Counted from the stretch's first letter, positions 8,309-18,514 are shown. The stretch: DNA of 64,000 nucleotides from a virus (IMGVR_UViG_3300027985_000557:3046-67045), one strand, 5' to 3'. Translations and numbers: made by a program. Notes: generated from the letters alone by a model not told the origin.

Positions 8309-9733
8309 ATGGCTATCGAACACAGGGAGACAGAGGACATAAGCGAAGAAGCCCTCCGGTGGGTCGTGGAGAACAAGGGTATCAGGGGCGAGGATATTGG
8401 CAAGGGGTATCAGTCCCCGCGCATTTCCTCGGAGATACCCGACTGTTCCATGCCCCTGAGCTTTGACGATAAGTCCTTCTGCGCGCTCGGCTGCCTGTAC
8501 TGCTTCAGCTACATGCAGAAGTGTATCAATCCGTCCCGAAGTGGTCTGGGCCTTCAGACGGTGGATACCCAAAAGATGATCCAGGCTATGACCGGCAAAG
8601 GGGCCAAGGGCCACCACCGCCTTCTCTATGAGCACTTCTACAAACGCCGGTTTCTGCTCCATTGGGGCGGGCTGGCCGACCCGTTCTGCAACTTCGAGCG
8701 GACAGCCGGCTCTACCCGTGAACTGCTGACAGCCCTCGGGGACATGGACTACCCCACCCTGTTCAGCTTCAAGGGCGGTACCGTGTTCCGCAAGGAGTAC
8801 CGCCAGATATTCGAACGGTTCTCCGGGCAGCGTAACTTCGCCTTCCAGGTAAGCATCATCACGGCGGACGACGCCCTTGCCAAAGAAGTAGAGGTCGGTG
8901 TACCATCACCCACGGCCCGGCTGAACGCCTTGAAGATGCTGTCCGAGATGGGGTACTGGACTATTCTGCGTCTGCGTCCCTTCATGATCGGCATCACGGA
9001 CCCGACCCTTGACGAACTGCTGGAGCGTGCCCGGGACGTGGGTATTCGCGGCGTGTCCACAGAGTTCTTTGCCATCGACAACCGCTGTACGGCTGGGGCC
9101 AAAATGCGGTTCAAATGGCTGGCAAAGTACATGGGCGTGGAGAACCTGCACGAATATTACCAAGCCCTCTCCCCCGACCGGGGCACCTACCTGCGTCTGA
9201 ACCGCCACGTCAAGGAGCGGTTCATCAAGAAGATCTATAAGTTCTGCTGCGAGAACAATCTCACCCTTGGCGTGTCCGACCCTGACTTCAAAGAACTCTG
9301 CACGTCTGGCTCTTGCTGCGGCATGCCGGACGATTTCCCCGACAACCGAGCGCTGGAGAACTGGACGCGTGACCAGCTCACGTTTCACGTGAAACGCGCC
9401 CGTCAGATCTACCACCAAAGCGGCCAGCTTGTCGAACTCAAATTCGATGAGGTCTACAACGAGCAAACGTCGCCGTACCTCGTCGAACCCGGCCTTGCCA
9501 ACGATAACTTCGACGTCATCGGCCGCAACTATGCTGAACGCGCCAACCTGACGCAGAAGCTTCTGCTCCAGGAAAAATGGAACAATCTGCGGTCACCGAT
9601 CAACCCGCGCAACTACCTGCACAACAAACTTGTTCCGATCGGACTTGATGACAAGGGCAACTACATCATGCGATACAACCCCCTGGAGTATGAGGAGAGG
9701 TGGAAAAAGGAAGGACTTGATCTAACGCGCTAG
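8309..9733 (+). CDS. Radical SAM protein, spore photoproduct lyase-like
   Basis: CALGCLYC (CxxxCxxC), GGLADPF, E.GVPSPTARL and LRLRP motifs, later GSCCG. Confidence 0.85.
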   Translation: MAIEHRETEDISEEALRWVVENKGIRGEDIGKGYQSPRISSEIPDCSMPLSFDDKSFCALGCLYCFSYMQKCINPSRSGLGLQTVDTQKMIQAMTGKGAKGHHRLLYEHFYKRRFLLHWGGLADPFCNFERTAGSTRELLTALGDMDYPTLFSFKGGTVFRKEYRQIFERFSGQRNFAFQVSIITADDALAKEVEVGVPSPTARLNALKMLSEMGYWTILRLRPFMIGITDPTLDELLERARDVGIRGVSTEFFAIDNRCTAGAKMRFKWLAKYMGVENLHEYYQALSPDRGTYLRLNRHVKERFIKKIYKFCCENNLTLGVSDPDFKELCTSGSCCGMPDDFPDNRALENWTRDQLTFHVKRARQIYHQSGQLVELKFDEVYNEQTSPYLVEPGLANDNFDVIGRNYAERANLTQKLLLQEKWNNLRSPINPRNYLHNKLVPIGLDDKGNYIMRYNPLEYEERWKKEGLDLTR

Positions 9734-9742
9734 GGGGTCATC

Positions 9743-10141
9743 ATGGACGGTGAAGTCGTTATCGGCGGCGTCTACAGGCACTACAAGAACAAACTGAATT
9801 ACCTAGTAATCGGTACATCGTGGTATGTTAGTGACGCCAAGGAAGGAGTTCTTGTCCATTATCTTCCGCTGTACGAATGCCATAAAAAATCATTCGCCCG
9901 CGATCTTCCAGAGTTCAAGGCGGTCGTCAAGGGTGAAGATGGTATCATGCAACCCCGGTTTCTGCTCGTAGACCAAGAAGGCCGGTGCGACATGCTTACC
10001 ATACTCACCGATGTACTTTACAGCGCCCAAATGGCTAAGATCGCCATGTTGAGCTTTCTGTCGCGGTATAATGACCATGCGGGCCTGGACCTTGACGGCC
10101 TGAAACTGGCGACGGATCACTTGAAAAGGAGCATACCGTGA
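9743..10141 (+). CDS. DUF1653-like protein
   Basis: GGVYRHYKNK.Y.VIG ... ARDLPEF ... PRF signature. Confidence 0.7.
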   Translation: MDGEVVIGGVYRHYKNKLNYLVIGTSWYVSDAKEGVLVHYLPLYECHKKSFARDLPEFKAVVKGEDGIMQPRFLLVDQEGRCDMLTILTDVLYSAQMAKIAMLSFLSRYNDHAGLDLDGLKLATDHLKRSIP

Positions 10142-10992
10142 GTACCTTTCACGTCATTGTTACTTCCGCCGGACGGGCCGACCGTTTAGTCACTCCGGCG
10201 AACCTTGGTTCATGGACGCAAGGATACACAACCTTCGTTGTTCCGCACAACCAATACGATGCTTACGCCCAGGCCCTGAGCACCACTGAAATCCAGGTGG
10301 TAGCGGCCCCTGAAGACATTCTGCTCATGTCGCCCAAACGGCAATGGGCCATCGAACAGTGCAAGGGCATCGACTACGTCTGCATTCTGGACGACGATCT
10401 TGACTTCTTTGTCCGCACGCCGGAAATGAAGCTGGTCAAGGCGACTCCCGATCAGGTGGACCAGATGTTCCTTGAGATGCACGACACCCTGGACAGCGGC
10501 ATCCATTTCACGGGTATCAGCTCGCGCTTCGGGAACAACCAAGTCACCGAAGAGTTCAAGGATGTTGGTCGCGTGTCCCGGTGCTGGGCCTTCAACCGCA
10601 AGACCTACATGGACCTCGGCGTCAATATTGCGCCCTTCCCCGAATACTGTATCGACGACTTCCATATCATTCTGTCCTTCCTCGAGGCCGGGCATCCCAA
10701 CCGGGTGTTCTACAAGTACAGCCAGGATGACAAGGGCAGCAACGCGGCCGGCGGTTGCTCGGCCTACCGCAACTTCGACATCCAGCGGCAGTCGGCCGAA
10801 TGGTTGGCGAAAAAGCACGCCGGGTTTGTCGAGGTGGTCGAGAAGCGCACCAAGCATTCCTGGCCTGGAATGGCCAAGGGAGCCGATGGTAGCAACGTCC
10901 GGCATGACGTCCGCATCCACTGGCAAAAGGCCTACCAGAAGGGCCGGGCTGGCGGCGGCATGTCCGCATTTTTGAAGTCGAGACAGAGCTAA
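10138..10992 (+). CDS. GT-A glycosyltransferase, TET-associated (TAGT/GREB1-like) DNA glycosyltransferase type
   Basis: SAGRA, KRQW, ILDDDL (DxD), IDDFH, NAAGGCS.YR motifs. Confidence 0.75.
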   Translation: MSTFHVIVTSAGRADRLVTPANLGSWTQGYTTFVVPHNQYDAYAQALSTTEIQVVAAPEDILLMSPKRQWAIEQCKGIDYVCILDDDLDFFVRTPEMKLVKATPDQVDQMFLEMHDTLDSGIHFTGISSRFGNNQVTEEFKDVGRVSRCWAFNRKTYMDLGVNIAPFPEYCIDDFHIILSFLEAGHPNRVFYKYSQDDKGSNAAGGCSAYRNFDIQRQSAEWLAKKHAGFVEVVEKRTKHSWPGMAKGADGSNVRHDVRIHWQKAYQKGRAGGGMSAFLKSRQS

Positions 10993-11074
10993 CGCACCTC
11001 GTTTGGGCAGGGGCATGGCCTTTGCGTCATGCCCCAAACCCACCCTCTAAAATGAAGCAAATTGGAGCACGAAA

Positions 11075-11551
11075 ATGGCCATCACGCCGAAGTACCAGAC
11101 TTCCGATGGAAAACTGTTCGATACACCTGAGCAGGCAGCAGAACACGAAGAGCAAAGCGCCGACATAAAGAACGAAGTTAAGGCCGTCATGGCGAAGATA
11201 GAAACCTTGACGGGGGTGCGCAGTGCGGGTGACAGGTTCGTGGTAGCGGCCACCATTTTGTTGATGCTTACAAATCGTGAACTGTTTGCTGCACATTTTA
11301 CCAAAAAGAAGATGAGCGCTAAATTGGGCGTTGTGAACAAATGCGAGAACTGCATGCACTGTCCGACGTGGAATCTTGTCACGGAACGGACATTAAAGAC
11401 GGTAGAACGCGGCCTGTGTCGTAAACCTGTGAGTAAAGGAATCATACGCGAACTCGGTCTTCCGCCTGGGACAAGTGTCCAGATGCCGTGGATTTATCGT
11501 AATGCCCAAAAGATGAATTGTCCCGGCTTCATGGAGTTTTTCGAGGCGTAG
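11075..11551 (+). CDS. Hypothetical protein with C-terminal Cys cluster
   Basis: YQTSDGKLFDT N-terminus common in phages; CENCMHC...C...C. Confidence 0.65.
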   Translation: MAITPKYQTSDGKLFDTPEQAAEHEEQSADIKNEVKAVMAKIETLTGVRSAGDRFVVAATILLMLTNRELFAAHFTKKKMSAKLGVVNKCENCMHCPTWNLVTERTLKTVERGLCRKPVSKGIIRELGLPPGTSVQMPWIYRNAQKMNCPGFMEFFEA

Positions 11552-11553
11552 CC

Positions 11554-11952
11554 ATGCGGACGAACGTCGAAAAACTCCATGAGATGTGGGAACTTCGCGA
11601 GCGTGTCGGCACTGCCTTCATGCCACGAAACAGCGGCAAGACTCTGCTGCGCGTTCACGAACTGGCGGCCGGTATCTGTCTTGGCGAACATGACTTGTTT
11701 ATCGTCAGCCTGACCGCGTACCATGACCTCATGTACCTCATACCCATGATCTTTTCCGTGTTCGCCGAGTACGGCATAGTACCGGATCAGCCAAGTTCGC
11801 ACATAAGCATTGAACGGCTAATCGTGCATTATCAGGGACGCCGTATCACCATTCGGTTCTATGCAGTGCGCGATAGCCGGTATTCCTGCCGCGATGAGTT
11901 CACCCGAGGTCTGTCCGACTTCGGCTATGTCCCCATGGGGCATTGGGATTAA
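11554..11952 (+). CDS. Hypothetical protein with P-loop-like motif
   Basis: MPRNSGKT; GAGG RBS before ATG 11554. Confidence 0.55.
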   Translation: MRTNVEKLHEMWELRERVGTAFMPRNSGKTLLRVHELAAGICLGEHDLFIVSLTAYHDLMYLIPMIFSVFAEYGIVPDQPSSHISIERLIVHYQGRRITIRFYAVRDSRYSCRDEFTRGLSDFGYVPMGHWD

Positions 11953-11954
11953 GC

Positions 11955-12455
11955 ATGAAAGGAATCGTACCCTCTAAGCATGTTCGTCCACACATGCTCA
12001 CCCTGGACATCGGGCAGGCTGTCTACGACTGCACTGATGAAATCGAAGACCTGCGCAAAACCCGCGCCCGTCTCATTTACATCATGCGCTCTATCATGCG
12101 GATGATAGGCCCCAAGGACGTTTATGGGCACTGGATCTTCGCCAATACCGGAGGACAGCGTACCTACCAGCGCACCCTCTCCCAGGTCATGGCCGAAGTC
12201 TTTGCCGTGAACAAAAAGACGGCGGATGGCCTTCAGTGGATCATCCTGCTGCACGGCATGGCTGAGGACTGTGAAGACCTTGCGAAAGAAAATGGACAAT
12301 TCGCCCTGGCCCACAGATGGAAACTGGTGTACCGTCTTATGGGCTGGGTCCACGCCCTGTTTGAACCTCAGTACCCGGACGACGCGAGCGCCGAATGGGC
12401 CGCCGCCATCATGCTGTACGACCGAATTACCAAGAAAATTGGAATGCAGAAGTAG
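11955..12455 (+). CDS. Hypothetical protein
   Basis: In-operon ORF abutting its neighbours. Confidence 0.6.
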   Translation: MKGIVPSKHVRPHMLTLDIGQAVYDCTDEIEDLRKTRARLIYIMRSIMRMIGPKDVYGHWIFANTGGQRTYQRTLSQVMAEVFAVNKKTADGLQWIILLHGMAEDCEDLAKENGQFALAHRWKLVYRLMGWVHALFEPQYPDDASAEWAAAIMLYDRITKKIGMQK

Positions 12456-12463
12456 GGGGACGC

Positions 12464-15136
12464 ATGGATTTCTTCAGACGGGTGTTGGCACCCGCATGTT
12501 CTAAGTGCGGCCTTTCCGGCCGATGCACAACCCATCAGATACCTGTTCGTGGGCAAGGGCGGCTGGGCGTTCTTTTTGTGGGCACGTCGCCGTCGCCGGA
12601 AGAAGATGCGGCCGGGACGCGCGGGGTAGGACCGGAGCATGCCCTGATCCAAGAAATGTTCAGTGGGTCGGACATTGACCTGGAGCGGGACTGCTGGCGC
12701 GTGGATGCCGTGAACTGTGTGTCCTACAACCGCAAAGGCGAGCGCCGCCAACCCACGGACGCCGAGATTGACGCCTGCCGGCCTGTATTACAGAAAGTAT
12801 TACGCGATCTGAAGCCCAAAACCGTCATTCTCATGGGCAACGCGGCCCTGAAGTCATTCTATGGGGCGGAAGGGTCCGGGCATCAGTACCTCAACGTCGA
12901 AAGGTACATGAACCAACGCATTCCGGACACTAAGAACGGAGCGTGGGTCACTGCTATCTATGCCCCGGAGCACATGGTCGCCAATGACTTCAACCAGAAC
13001 CTGCGCATGGTCTATGACTTCAGTTACGAAGCCGTCTACGACTGCATAGATTTTGCCCCGCCCCAGGTGGTGGACTACGACTCCATGGTGCAGGTGCTTA
13101 CGGAGTTCAAGGACGTTACCAGCGTCTTGCAAGAAGTCATCGCCAAAGTGCCGTCACGGTTCACACACGATTACGAAGCGAACTGCATCAAACCGCATTG
13201 GCCCGACGCCGTCTTGTATTCCATGTCCTTCAAAACGCCCCTTTCTCGCTTCGCCTATAGTTTTCCGCTGCATTGGCCGGGGCATTGGTCGGACGCGCAA
13301 GCACGGATCATTGACGAACACGTACACCGCATCTTACAGCACCGCCGGATAGGCAAGGTGGCCCACAACATGTCGATGGAGGATGGTTGGGCCGCCAAGC
13401 ACCTGGGCGCATTGGTAGCCCCGTGGCTCAGCGACACCATGGTGGCTCAGCATATCATCTGTACCGAGCGCAATACCAAGGGCCTCAAAGATCAGGCGTG
13501 GTTCCGCTATGGTGTCCACGGGTACGATGACCCGGTGGACGTCTACCTCAAGTCGAAGGGAACCTACAACAACATTCACCGCGCCCCGAAGCCCCTCATT
13601 CTGCACTACGGCGGCTTGGACAGCATATTCACGGACAGACTGTTCGTTGACCAGCGGGAATACATTGAGGCACAAGGACGCGATGATCCCCGATACCTCG
13701 CCGTCGATGACCTGTTTAAGCGCGGGGCCGTGGTCCTGAACCGTATTTCCCAACGAGGCTTCCGCACAGACGGGGCATTCTACAAGGAGCAGGCTACCAA
13801 CCTTGAAGCCGAAATAGCCAAGCTGTCCGAGCGCCTGCTCAACTGCCGTGAGGCCAAACTGTTCACGCGCGAAACGGGCCGGCAACTACGCCTTGATTCT
13901 TCTGATGACCTGCGCTACCTGCTGGTCAACGTCATGGGTTACAAGATCGATAAGCGCACCGGGGCCGACAAGGAGGCCGTGGACAAGGAGATCTTACAGG
14001 AGATTGGGTCGCGGTTCGCTAAGAATATGCTGGCCTACCGTAAGGCGGGCAAGATTCTTAGCACCTACGTCAGTCCGTTCATAAAGCTGGCCGTGGACGA
14101 ACGCATTCACCCTAGCTTCAACCTCCATGTGGCCCGGTCTGGCCGGTCCAGTTCATCCGAACCCAACTTCCAGAACCTCCCCAAGCGCGACCCCCTGGCG
14201 AAGCAGTATGTACGCAAGGGCATCATACCGGACGAAGGCTTTCACTTCTGTGAAGCGGACTACAGTTCTCTGGAAGTCCGCATCTTTGCGTGTCACTGCC
14301 TGGACCCGGTACTCATCGACTATGTGAACGACCCGACCACGGACATGCACCGGGACCAGTGCGTCGATCTCTTTATGCTGGACGGCCAGGAGTACGTGTC
14401 CAAGGCCATGCGGACGGACATCAAAGCCGGTTGGGTCTTCGCCGAGTTCTACGGATCATATTACAAGAGCTGCGCCCGCAAGATGTGGGATGTAATGATC
14501 CTACCCAAGAAGATATGTCTGCATGATCCTGTAGCTGGTGGCAACGGTATTACCCTCATGCAGCATCTCGACAACAAGGGCATCAGGAACCACGCGGACT
14601 TCGAGGCCTATCTAGAAGACTACGAAAAGAACAAGTTCTGGTCGCGGTTCGCGGTGACTAAGGAATACCAGATGAACGCCTTTAAGGAGTACCAGCGTAA
14701 GGGCTACATCGAAACCAAGTGGGGCTTCCGGCGGGGCGGCTTCCTGTCCAAGAACAAAATCATCAATACTCCGACACAGGGCACCGGCTTCCAGAACCTC
14801 TTGTGGTCCCTTGTCGAGATGGACAAAATCCGGCTGAAAGAGAAGTGGCGGTCTTTCTTTGTTGGCCAGATTCATGACTCCATTAACAGCAACATTCACC
14901 CCGACGAATTGCAGTATGTGCTCGATATTCACCACTACATCATGTGCGAGCGCATCCGTGAATTGCACGACTGGATCATAGTCCCCCTTGAAATCGAAGT
15001 CGCTATCGCCCCGGTCAACGAACCGTGGTACTTCACCAAAGACTACATCAAGATTCAGACGGGTGAGTGGGTTCAGAAAGACCTGTACCGCCAGGATGAA
15101 ATCGGTAACTGGTTTCCCAAGGAAGTAGCCACGTAG
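12464..15136 (+). CDS. polA: Family A DNA polymerase with N-terminal family-4 UDG-like domain (SPO1-type) and 3'-5' exonuclease
   Basis: CSKC/VG.SP..EED/EIDAC UDG-like domain; HDYE, AHN...ED, YGGLD exo motifs; SGRSSSSEPNFQN, ADYSSLEVR (A), K...F...YG (B), QIHDS (C). Confidence 0.95.
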   Translation: MDFFRRVLAPACSKCGLSGRCTTHQIPVRGQGRLGVLFVGTSPSPEEDAAGTRGVGPEHALIQEMFSGSDIDLERDCWRVDAVNCVSYNRKGERRQPTDAEIDACRPVLQKVLRDLKPKTVILMGNAALKSFYGAEGSGHQYLNVERYMNQRIPDTKNGAWVTAIYAPEHMVANDFNQNLRMVYDFSYEAVYDCIDFAPPQVVDYDSMVQVLTEFKDVTSVLQEVIAKVPSRFTHDYEANCIKPHWPDAVLYSMSFKTPLSRFAYSFPLHWPGHWSDAQARIIDEHVHRILQHRRIGKVAHNMSMEDGWAAKHLGALVAPWLSDTMVAQHIICTERNTKGLKDQAWFRYGVHGYDDPVDVYLKSKGTYNNIHRAPKPLILHYGGLDSIFTDRLFVDQREYIEAQGRDDPRYLAVDDLFKRGAVVLNRISQRGFRTDGAFYKEQATNLEAEIAKLSERLLNCREAKLFTRETGRQLRLDSSDDLRYLLVNVMGYKIDKRTGADKEAVDKEILQEIGSRFAKNMLAYRKAGKILSTYVSPFIKLAVDERIHPSFNLHVARSGRSSSSEPNFQNLPKRDPLAKQYVRKGIIPDEGFHFCEADYSSLEVRIFACHCLDPVLIDYVNDPTTDMHRDQCVDLFMLDGQEYVSKAMRTDIKAGWVFAEFYGSYYKSCARKMWDVMILPKKICLHDPVAGGNGITLMQHLDNKGIRNHADFEAYLEDYEKNKFWSRFAVTKEYQMNAFKEYQRKGYIETKWGFRRGGFLSKNKIINTPTQGTGFQNLLWSLVEMDKIRLKEKWRSFFVGQIHDSINSNIHPDELQYVLDIHHYIMCERIRELHDWIIVPLEIEVAIAPVNEPWYFTKDYIKIQTGEWVQKDLYRQDEIGNWFPKEVAT

Positions 15137-15209
15137 GCGTTACCTCAGGCAGTTTAGGCAAGGGGCCGTGCTATGTTGGCCCCGGGCACCTTAACCAACA
15201 GGAGAACGT

Positions 15210-15770
15210 ATGGGAGAACACAATTACAGGGAAGACGTCAAGATCGACAAATTTGCCCTTGACGAAGAACTGCTTCAGCACCCGGCCAAGTACATGATGT
15301 ACGCCGAGCTGGCGGCGGACGCGGTGTTCGCCAGGGACAAGGCCAAGGAAAAGCTCGAGTTCATCGAAGCTGAACTCGACTCCGAATGCCGCGCCCATTG
15401 GGATGCGCTGTGCCCCGGTATCAAAATCACCAATGACGGCATCACGGCCTGGATTCGTCAGCAACCCGTGCGTCGCGAGGCGGTCAATGACCTCAACGTA
15501 GCCACCAGGAACATGAACCTGATGACGGCCGCTAAAGAAGCCTTTCAGCATCGGAAGAAATCCTTGGAAGGACTCAAGGAGCTCTACCTCGCCGGCTACT
15601 TCTCGCGTCCGGTCATTCCCGAAGAATCGCGGTACAAGGCGGAACAAGCTCGCGAGGCCGCGTCCAGCGAAGCTCTCGGAGCCAACCCGCGCCTTGCTGG
15701 CCGCCGTCGCCCGGCCCCGCCCCCGCCGAGCGAAACCGCTAAACCTCTCCCTGGGGCTGAACAAGGGTAA
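15210..15770 (+). CDS. UvsY-like recombination mediator
   Basis: IDKFALDEE..QHP..Y, helical body, AFQHRKKSL; adjacent to SSB and RecA. Confidence 0.6.
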   Translation: MGEHNYREDVKIDKFALDEELLQHPAKYMMYAELAADAVFARDKAKEKLEFIEAELDSECRAHWDALCPGIKITNDGITAWIRQQPVRREAVNDLNVATRNMNLMTAAKEAFQHRKKSLEGLKELYLAGYFSRPVIPEESRYKAEQAREAASSEALGANPRLAGRRRPAPPPPSETAKPLPGAEQG

Positions 15771-15772
15771 CG

Positions 15773-15922
15773 ATGCCACAAAATTCATTGGGCATTCTTG
15801 CGCTAGTCGGCGGGGCCGGTGCTATGGTATTGCTTTGGCTTTACCTTGCCGCCCGGCTCGTGTCTTACGGAATAACCAAAAGCTACTTCCAAGCCAGGAA
15901 GGAGGAACAACATGGCAATTGA
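15773..15922 (+). CDS. Small membrane protein, 49 aa, below the ORF-track cutoff
   Basis: Translated by hand: MPQNSLGILALVGGAGAMVLLWLYLAARLVSYGITKSYFQARKEEQHGN; fills the gap. Confidence 0.55.
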   Translation: MPQNSLGILALVGGAGAMVLLWLYLAARLVSYGITKSYFQARKEEQHGN

Positions 15923-17054
15923 CCGCAGCGCGATTCGCAACAACCTTGCCGGCCGTACCGCTCAGTCCTACGCCAACAAGGACAATGAAGGTGGCTTCCG
16001 TATCTACGTGCGCCCCACCAACGGCCGCCCGGTCTTCCGCAAATTCGCCGAAGGCCAGATTATGTTCGACATCATCCCGTTTGCTATCACGGCTAACTTC
16101 ATGCTGGACCCGGATGCGCCTGGCAAGCCCAAGTACCTCGCCGGCCAGTGGCGCTACTTCCTGGAAGTCTTCAGCCACATGAACATCGGCCCCAACAACT
16201 GGAACGTCGCCTGCCCGAACAAGAACTTCGGCCTGCCCTGCCCTATCTGCGAGGAGTTCTCGCGGCTCCAGGCGGCCGGCGCGGATTGGGACACCGTCCT
16301 GAAGCCGCTGAAGCTCAACCGCCGCTGCGTCTACAACATCTGGATGCACGACGTTCCAGCTCTCAAGGAAGAAGCCAAGGGCGTGCAGCTCCTGGAAATC
16401 GCCCACTTCTCACTGGAAGCCAATATCCTGTCCCTGGCCCGCGACCCCCGTACCGGCGCGGTCACCGAAATCGCCGACCCGGACAACGGCCGCACGATCT
16501 ACTTCGAGCGTAAGGGAACGAAAGCGGACAACACCAAGTACACGGGCTTCCAGCTTCTGCCGCGTGACATCGCCATTCCCGACGAAATCCTGGAGCAGGC
16601 CGTTCCTCTGAACGAAGCCATCGAGATTCTGGACTACGAGGCGCTGGACGCCCTGTTCCATGGCGGAGCTGCCCCGGCCCCGGCCGGTGACGAACCCGGC
16701 ACCGTGCGCGCCCCGCGTCGTGGCCCCTTGTCCGCCCCGGCCGCCGCTGCCCCCCAGAAAACGCCCCTGGCGGCCCCGTCCGCTCCCGCCGCGACCCCGC
16801 CCCGACGTCCGGCTCCCCAGGCCGCCTCTGAGCCCGAAACGGTTCCGCCTGCCGCGACCCCGCCGGCTGCTCCTGCCCGTCGTCCGGCCCCGGCGGCTGC
16901 TGCCACCGCCGCTGCCCCGGAACCGGCCCCCGCTGCCGGTGGCGACCAGTGCCCCCACGGTATGATCTTCGGCCAGGACACCGACAAGATCGAGGCCTGC
17001 AACGGTTGCGATCTGTACGACGCCTGCGGCGCGGCCTTCGACGCGAACAACTAG
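15912..17054 (+). CDS. Single-stranded DNA-binding protein (T4 gp32-like)
   Basis: H...CP...PCPICE zinc site, DPDNGRTI...RKG...TKY, Ala/Pro linker, C-terminal Cys4 module. Confidence 0.8.
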   Translation: MAIDRSAIRNNLAGRTAQSYANKDNEGGFRIYVRPTNGRPVFRKFAEGQIMFDIIPFAITANFMLDPDAPGKPKYLAGQWRYFLEVFSHMNIGPNNWNVACPNKNFGLPCPICEEFSRLQAAGADWDTVLKPLKLNRRCVYNIWMHDVPALKEEAKGVQLLEIAHFSLEANILSLARDPRTGAVTEIADPDNGRTIYFERKGTKADNTKYTGFQLLPRDIAIPDEILEQAVPLNEAIEILDYEALDALFHGGAAPAPAGDEPGTVRAPRRGPLSAPAAAAPQKTPLAAPSAPAATPPRRPAPQAASEPETVPPAATPPAAPARRPAPAAAATAAAPEPAPAAGGDQCPHGMIFGQDTDKIEACNGCDLYDACGAAFDANN

Positions 17055-17060
17055 CCAGAT

Positions 17061-17092
17061 GGCCCGGATGGGGTAACCTGTCCGGGCCTTTT
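17061..17092 (+). terminator. Intrinsic terminator
   Basis: GGCCCGGATGGG / CCTGTCCGGGCC stem with GTAA loop, then TTTT. Confidence 0.65.
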
Positions 17093-17105
17093 CATGGAGG
17101 AAAGC

Positions 17106-18332
17106 ATGGCCGACACTCCTGTTCGCAGACGTCCCGCCCCTGCCCCTGCGGCCACCCCAGCGCCTGAGCCTGTCCGACGCCGGCCCGCGCCCGTAACTGC
17201 CCCACAAAGCGCGATCGATAAAGTGGCGGAGCAGGTGGCCGAATCCGCCCTGTCCGAGCCCCAAAAGCGTGAGCCGGTCAACACCGACATCATGATTTCT
17301 ACCGGGTCCACCCTGCTCGACCTCGCCATTTCCGGCGGCATCATCCGGGGCGGCGGCATACCGGGCGGCATCCTTGTCGAGATGTATGGCCCGTCCGGTA
17401 CTGGCAAATCGGCAGTCATGTGCGAGATACTCGGCAACGTGCAACGAAAAGGCGGTCTGACCTCCACACAAGACCCCGAAGGTCGCCTCAATGCCGGGTA
17501 CGCCAAGGTCTACGGCATGAACATCGACCCCAAGTCGTATGATCGTCCTGACACCGTTGTTCAGGCGTTCACCAACACCCGGAAGTTCATTGCCAGCCAT
17601 TTTCGCAAAAAGAAGACTGATCCGATAAACGCCATCGGCACAGATAGCCTTGCCGCTCTCTCATCTGAACTGGAGATGAGCAAGGACGGCGATAAGATGG
17701 GCATGAAGAAGGCCAAAGACCTGAACCAGGAAATGCGCCTTACCTGCCGAGACATCGCAAACTCAGGCAACCTCGTCATCTGCACAAACCAGGAACGTGG
17801 TGAAGGCTACGACGCCAAAACGCCCGGCGGTCAAGCCGTGGGGTATTACGCCTCGGTTCGCCTTCGTCTTACTCCCGACCACGCCAATGATGTGAAGAAG
17901 GACGTCAAGGTCAAGGAAGTTCTGGGCATTGTGGACGAGGACGACGAGGACGATCCGAATACCAGAACGGAAGCCAAAAAAGGTCGTAAGGGGAAAAGCG
18001 AAAAGGGACAGGTCGAGAAAGTACTCGGCATTCGTACGAATATCGCCGTGGTCAAAAGCTCGGTGGATGACCCCTACCGCATGGCCTACGTCTACATCGT
18101 CTTTGGCTACGGCATCGACGACGTGCGCGCCAATCTCCAGTGGATGAAGGATATGCTTCAGACTACCACCTACGTGACCCCGAGCGGTAAGAAATTCCAG
18201 GGTATCGCCCAGGCCATCGACTCGGTAGAAAAGTACGGCGAAGAAGCCGCCTTGCGGGAGCAGGTCATCGACTTGTGGGAGGCCATCGAGAACGCCCTGA
18301 AGGTCAAGCGTAAGCCGAAGGTTAGGATATAG
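17106..18332 (+). CDS. recA: RecA/UvsX-like recombinase
   Basis: ISTGSTLLDLAI.GG, EMYGPSGTGKS, DSLAAL, NQ.R, TPGGQA..YYASVRL. Confidence 0.92.
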   Translation: MADTPVRRRPAPAPAATPAPEPVRRRPAPVTAPQSAIDKVAEQVAESALSEPQKREPVNTDIMISTGSTLLDLAISGGIIRGGGIPGGILVEMYGPSGTGKSAVMCEILGNVQRKGGLTSTQDPEGRLNAGYAKVYGMNIDPKSYDRPDTVVQAFTNTRKFIASHFRKKKTDPINAIGTDSLAALSSELEMSKDGDKMGMKKAKDLNQEMRLTCRDIANSGNLVICTNQERGEGYDAKTPGGQAVGYYASVRLRLTPDHANDVKKDVKVKEVLGIVDEDDEDDPNTRTEAKKGRKGKSEKGQVEKVLGIRTNIAVVKSSVDDPYRMAYVYIVFGYGIDDVRANLQWMKDMLQTTTYVTPSGKKFQGIAQAIDSVEKYGEEAALREQVIDLWEAIENALKVKRKPKVRI

Positions 18333-18334
18333 TC

Positions 18335-18505
18335 ATGGTTAAGTACCCATACTGTTCATTCATGTTGACCATTCGTTTTCACCCGTTGGCCTGGGGATTA
18401 CGATTCCGTAACCACCGCCTTACCAAGACGGCAAAGGAGAACGGAAACGATTACGGATTTATGCGCGTCGGTCCCTTCACTTTTAGCTTCTCAAGAATGC
18501 TGTAG
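18335..18505 (+). CDS. Small hypothetical protein, 56 aa
   Basis: Translated by hand (MVKYPYCSF...FSFSRML); fills the gap between RecA and the next RBS. Confidence 0.45.
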   Translation: MVKYPYCSFMLTIRFHPLAWGLRFRNHRLTKTAKENGNDYGFMRVGPFTFSFSRML

Positions 18506-18514
18506 GAGGTAGGT

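Noticed and set aside
11554-11952. PRNSGKT as a terminase large subunit
   Set aside because: Only 132 aa, no Walker B or nuclease domain, and located in the early arm
15795-15832. Promoter-like TTGCGC...TGcTATGGT before the SSB gene
   Set aside because: 19-nt spacing is off and the region is better explained by a 49-aa membrane ORF
4106-17600. Long antisense ORFs such as 4106-5176, 6061-6831, 7781-8662, 10210-11043 and 16410-17600
   Set aside because: Antisense to well-supported genes; explained by codon bias
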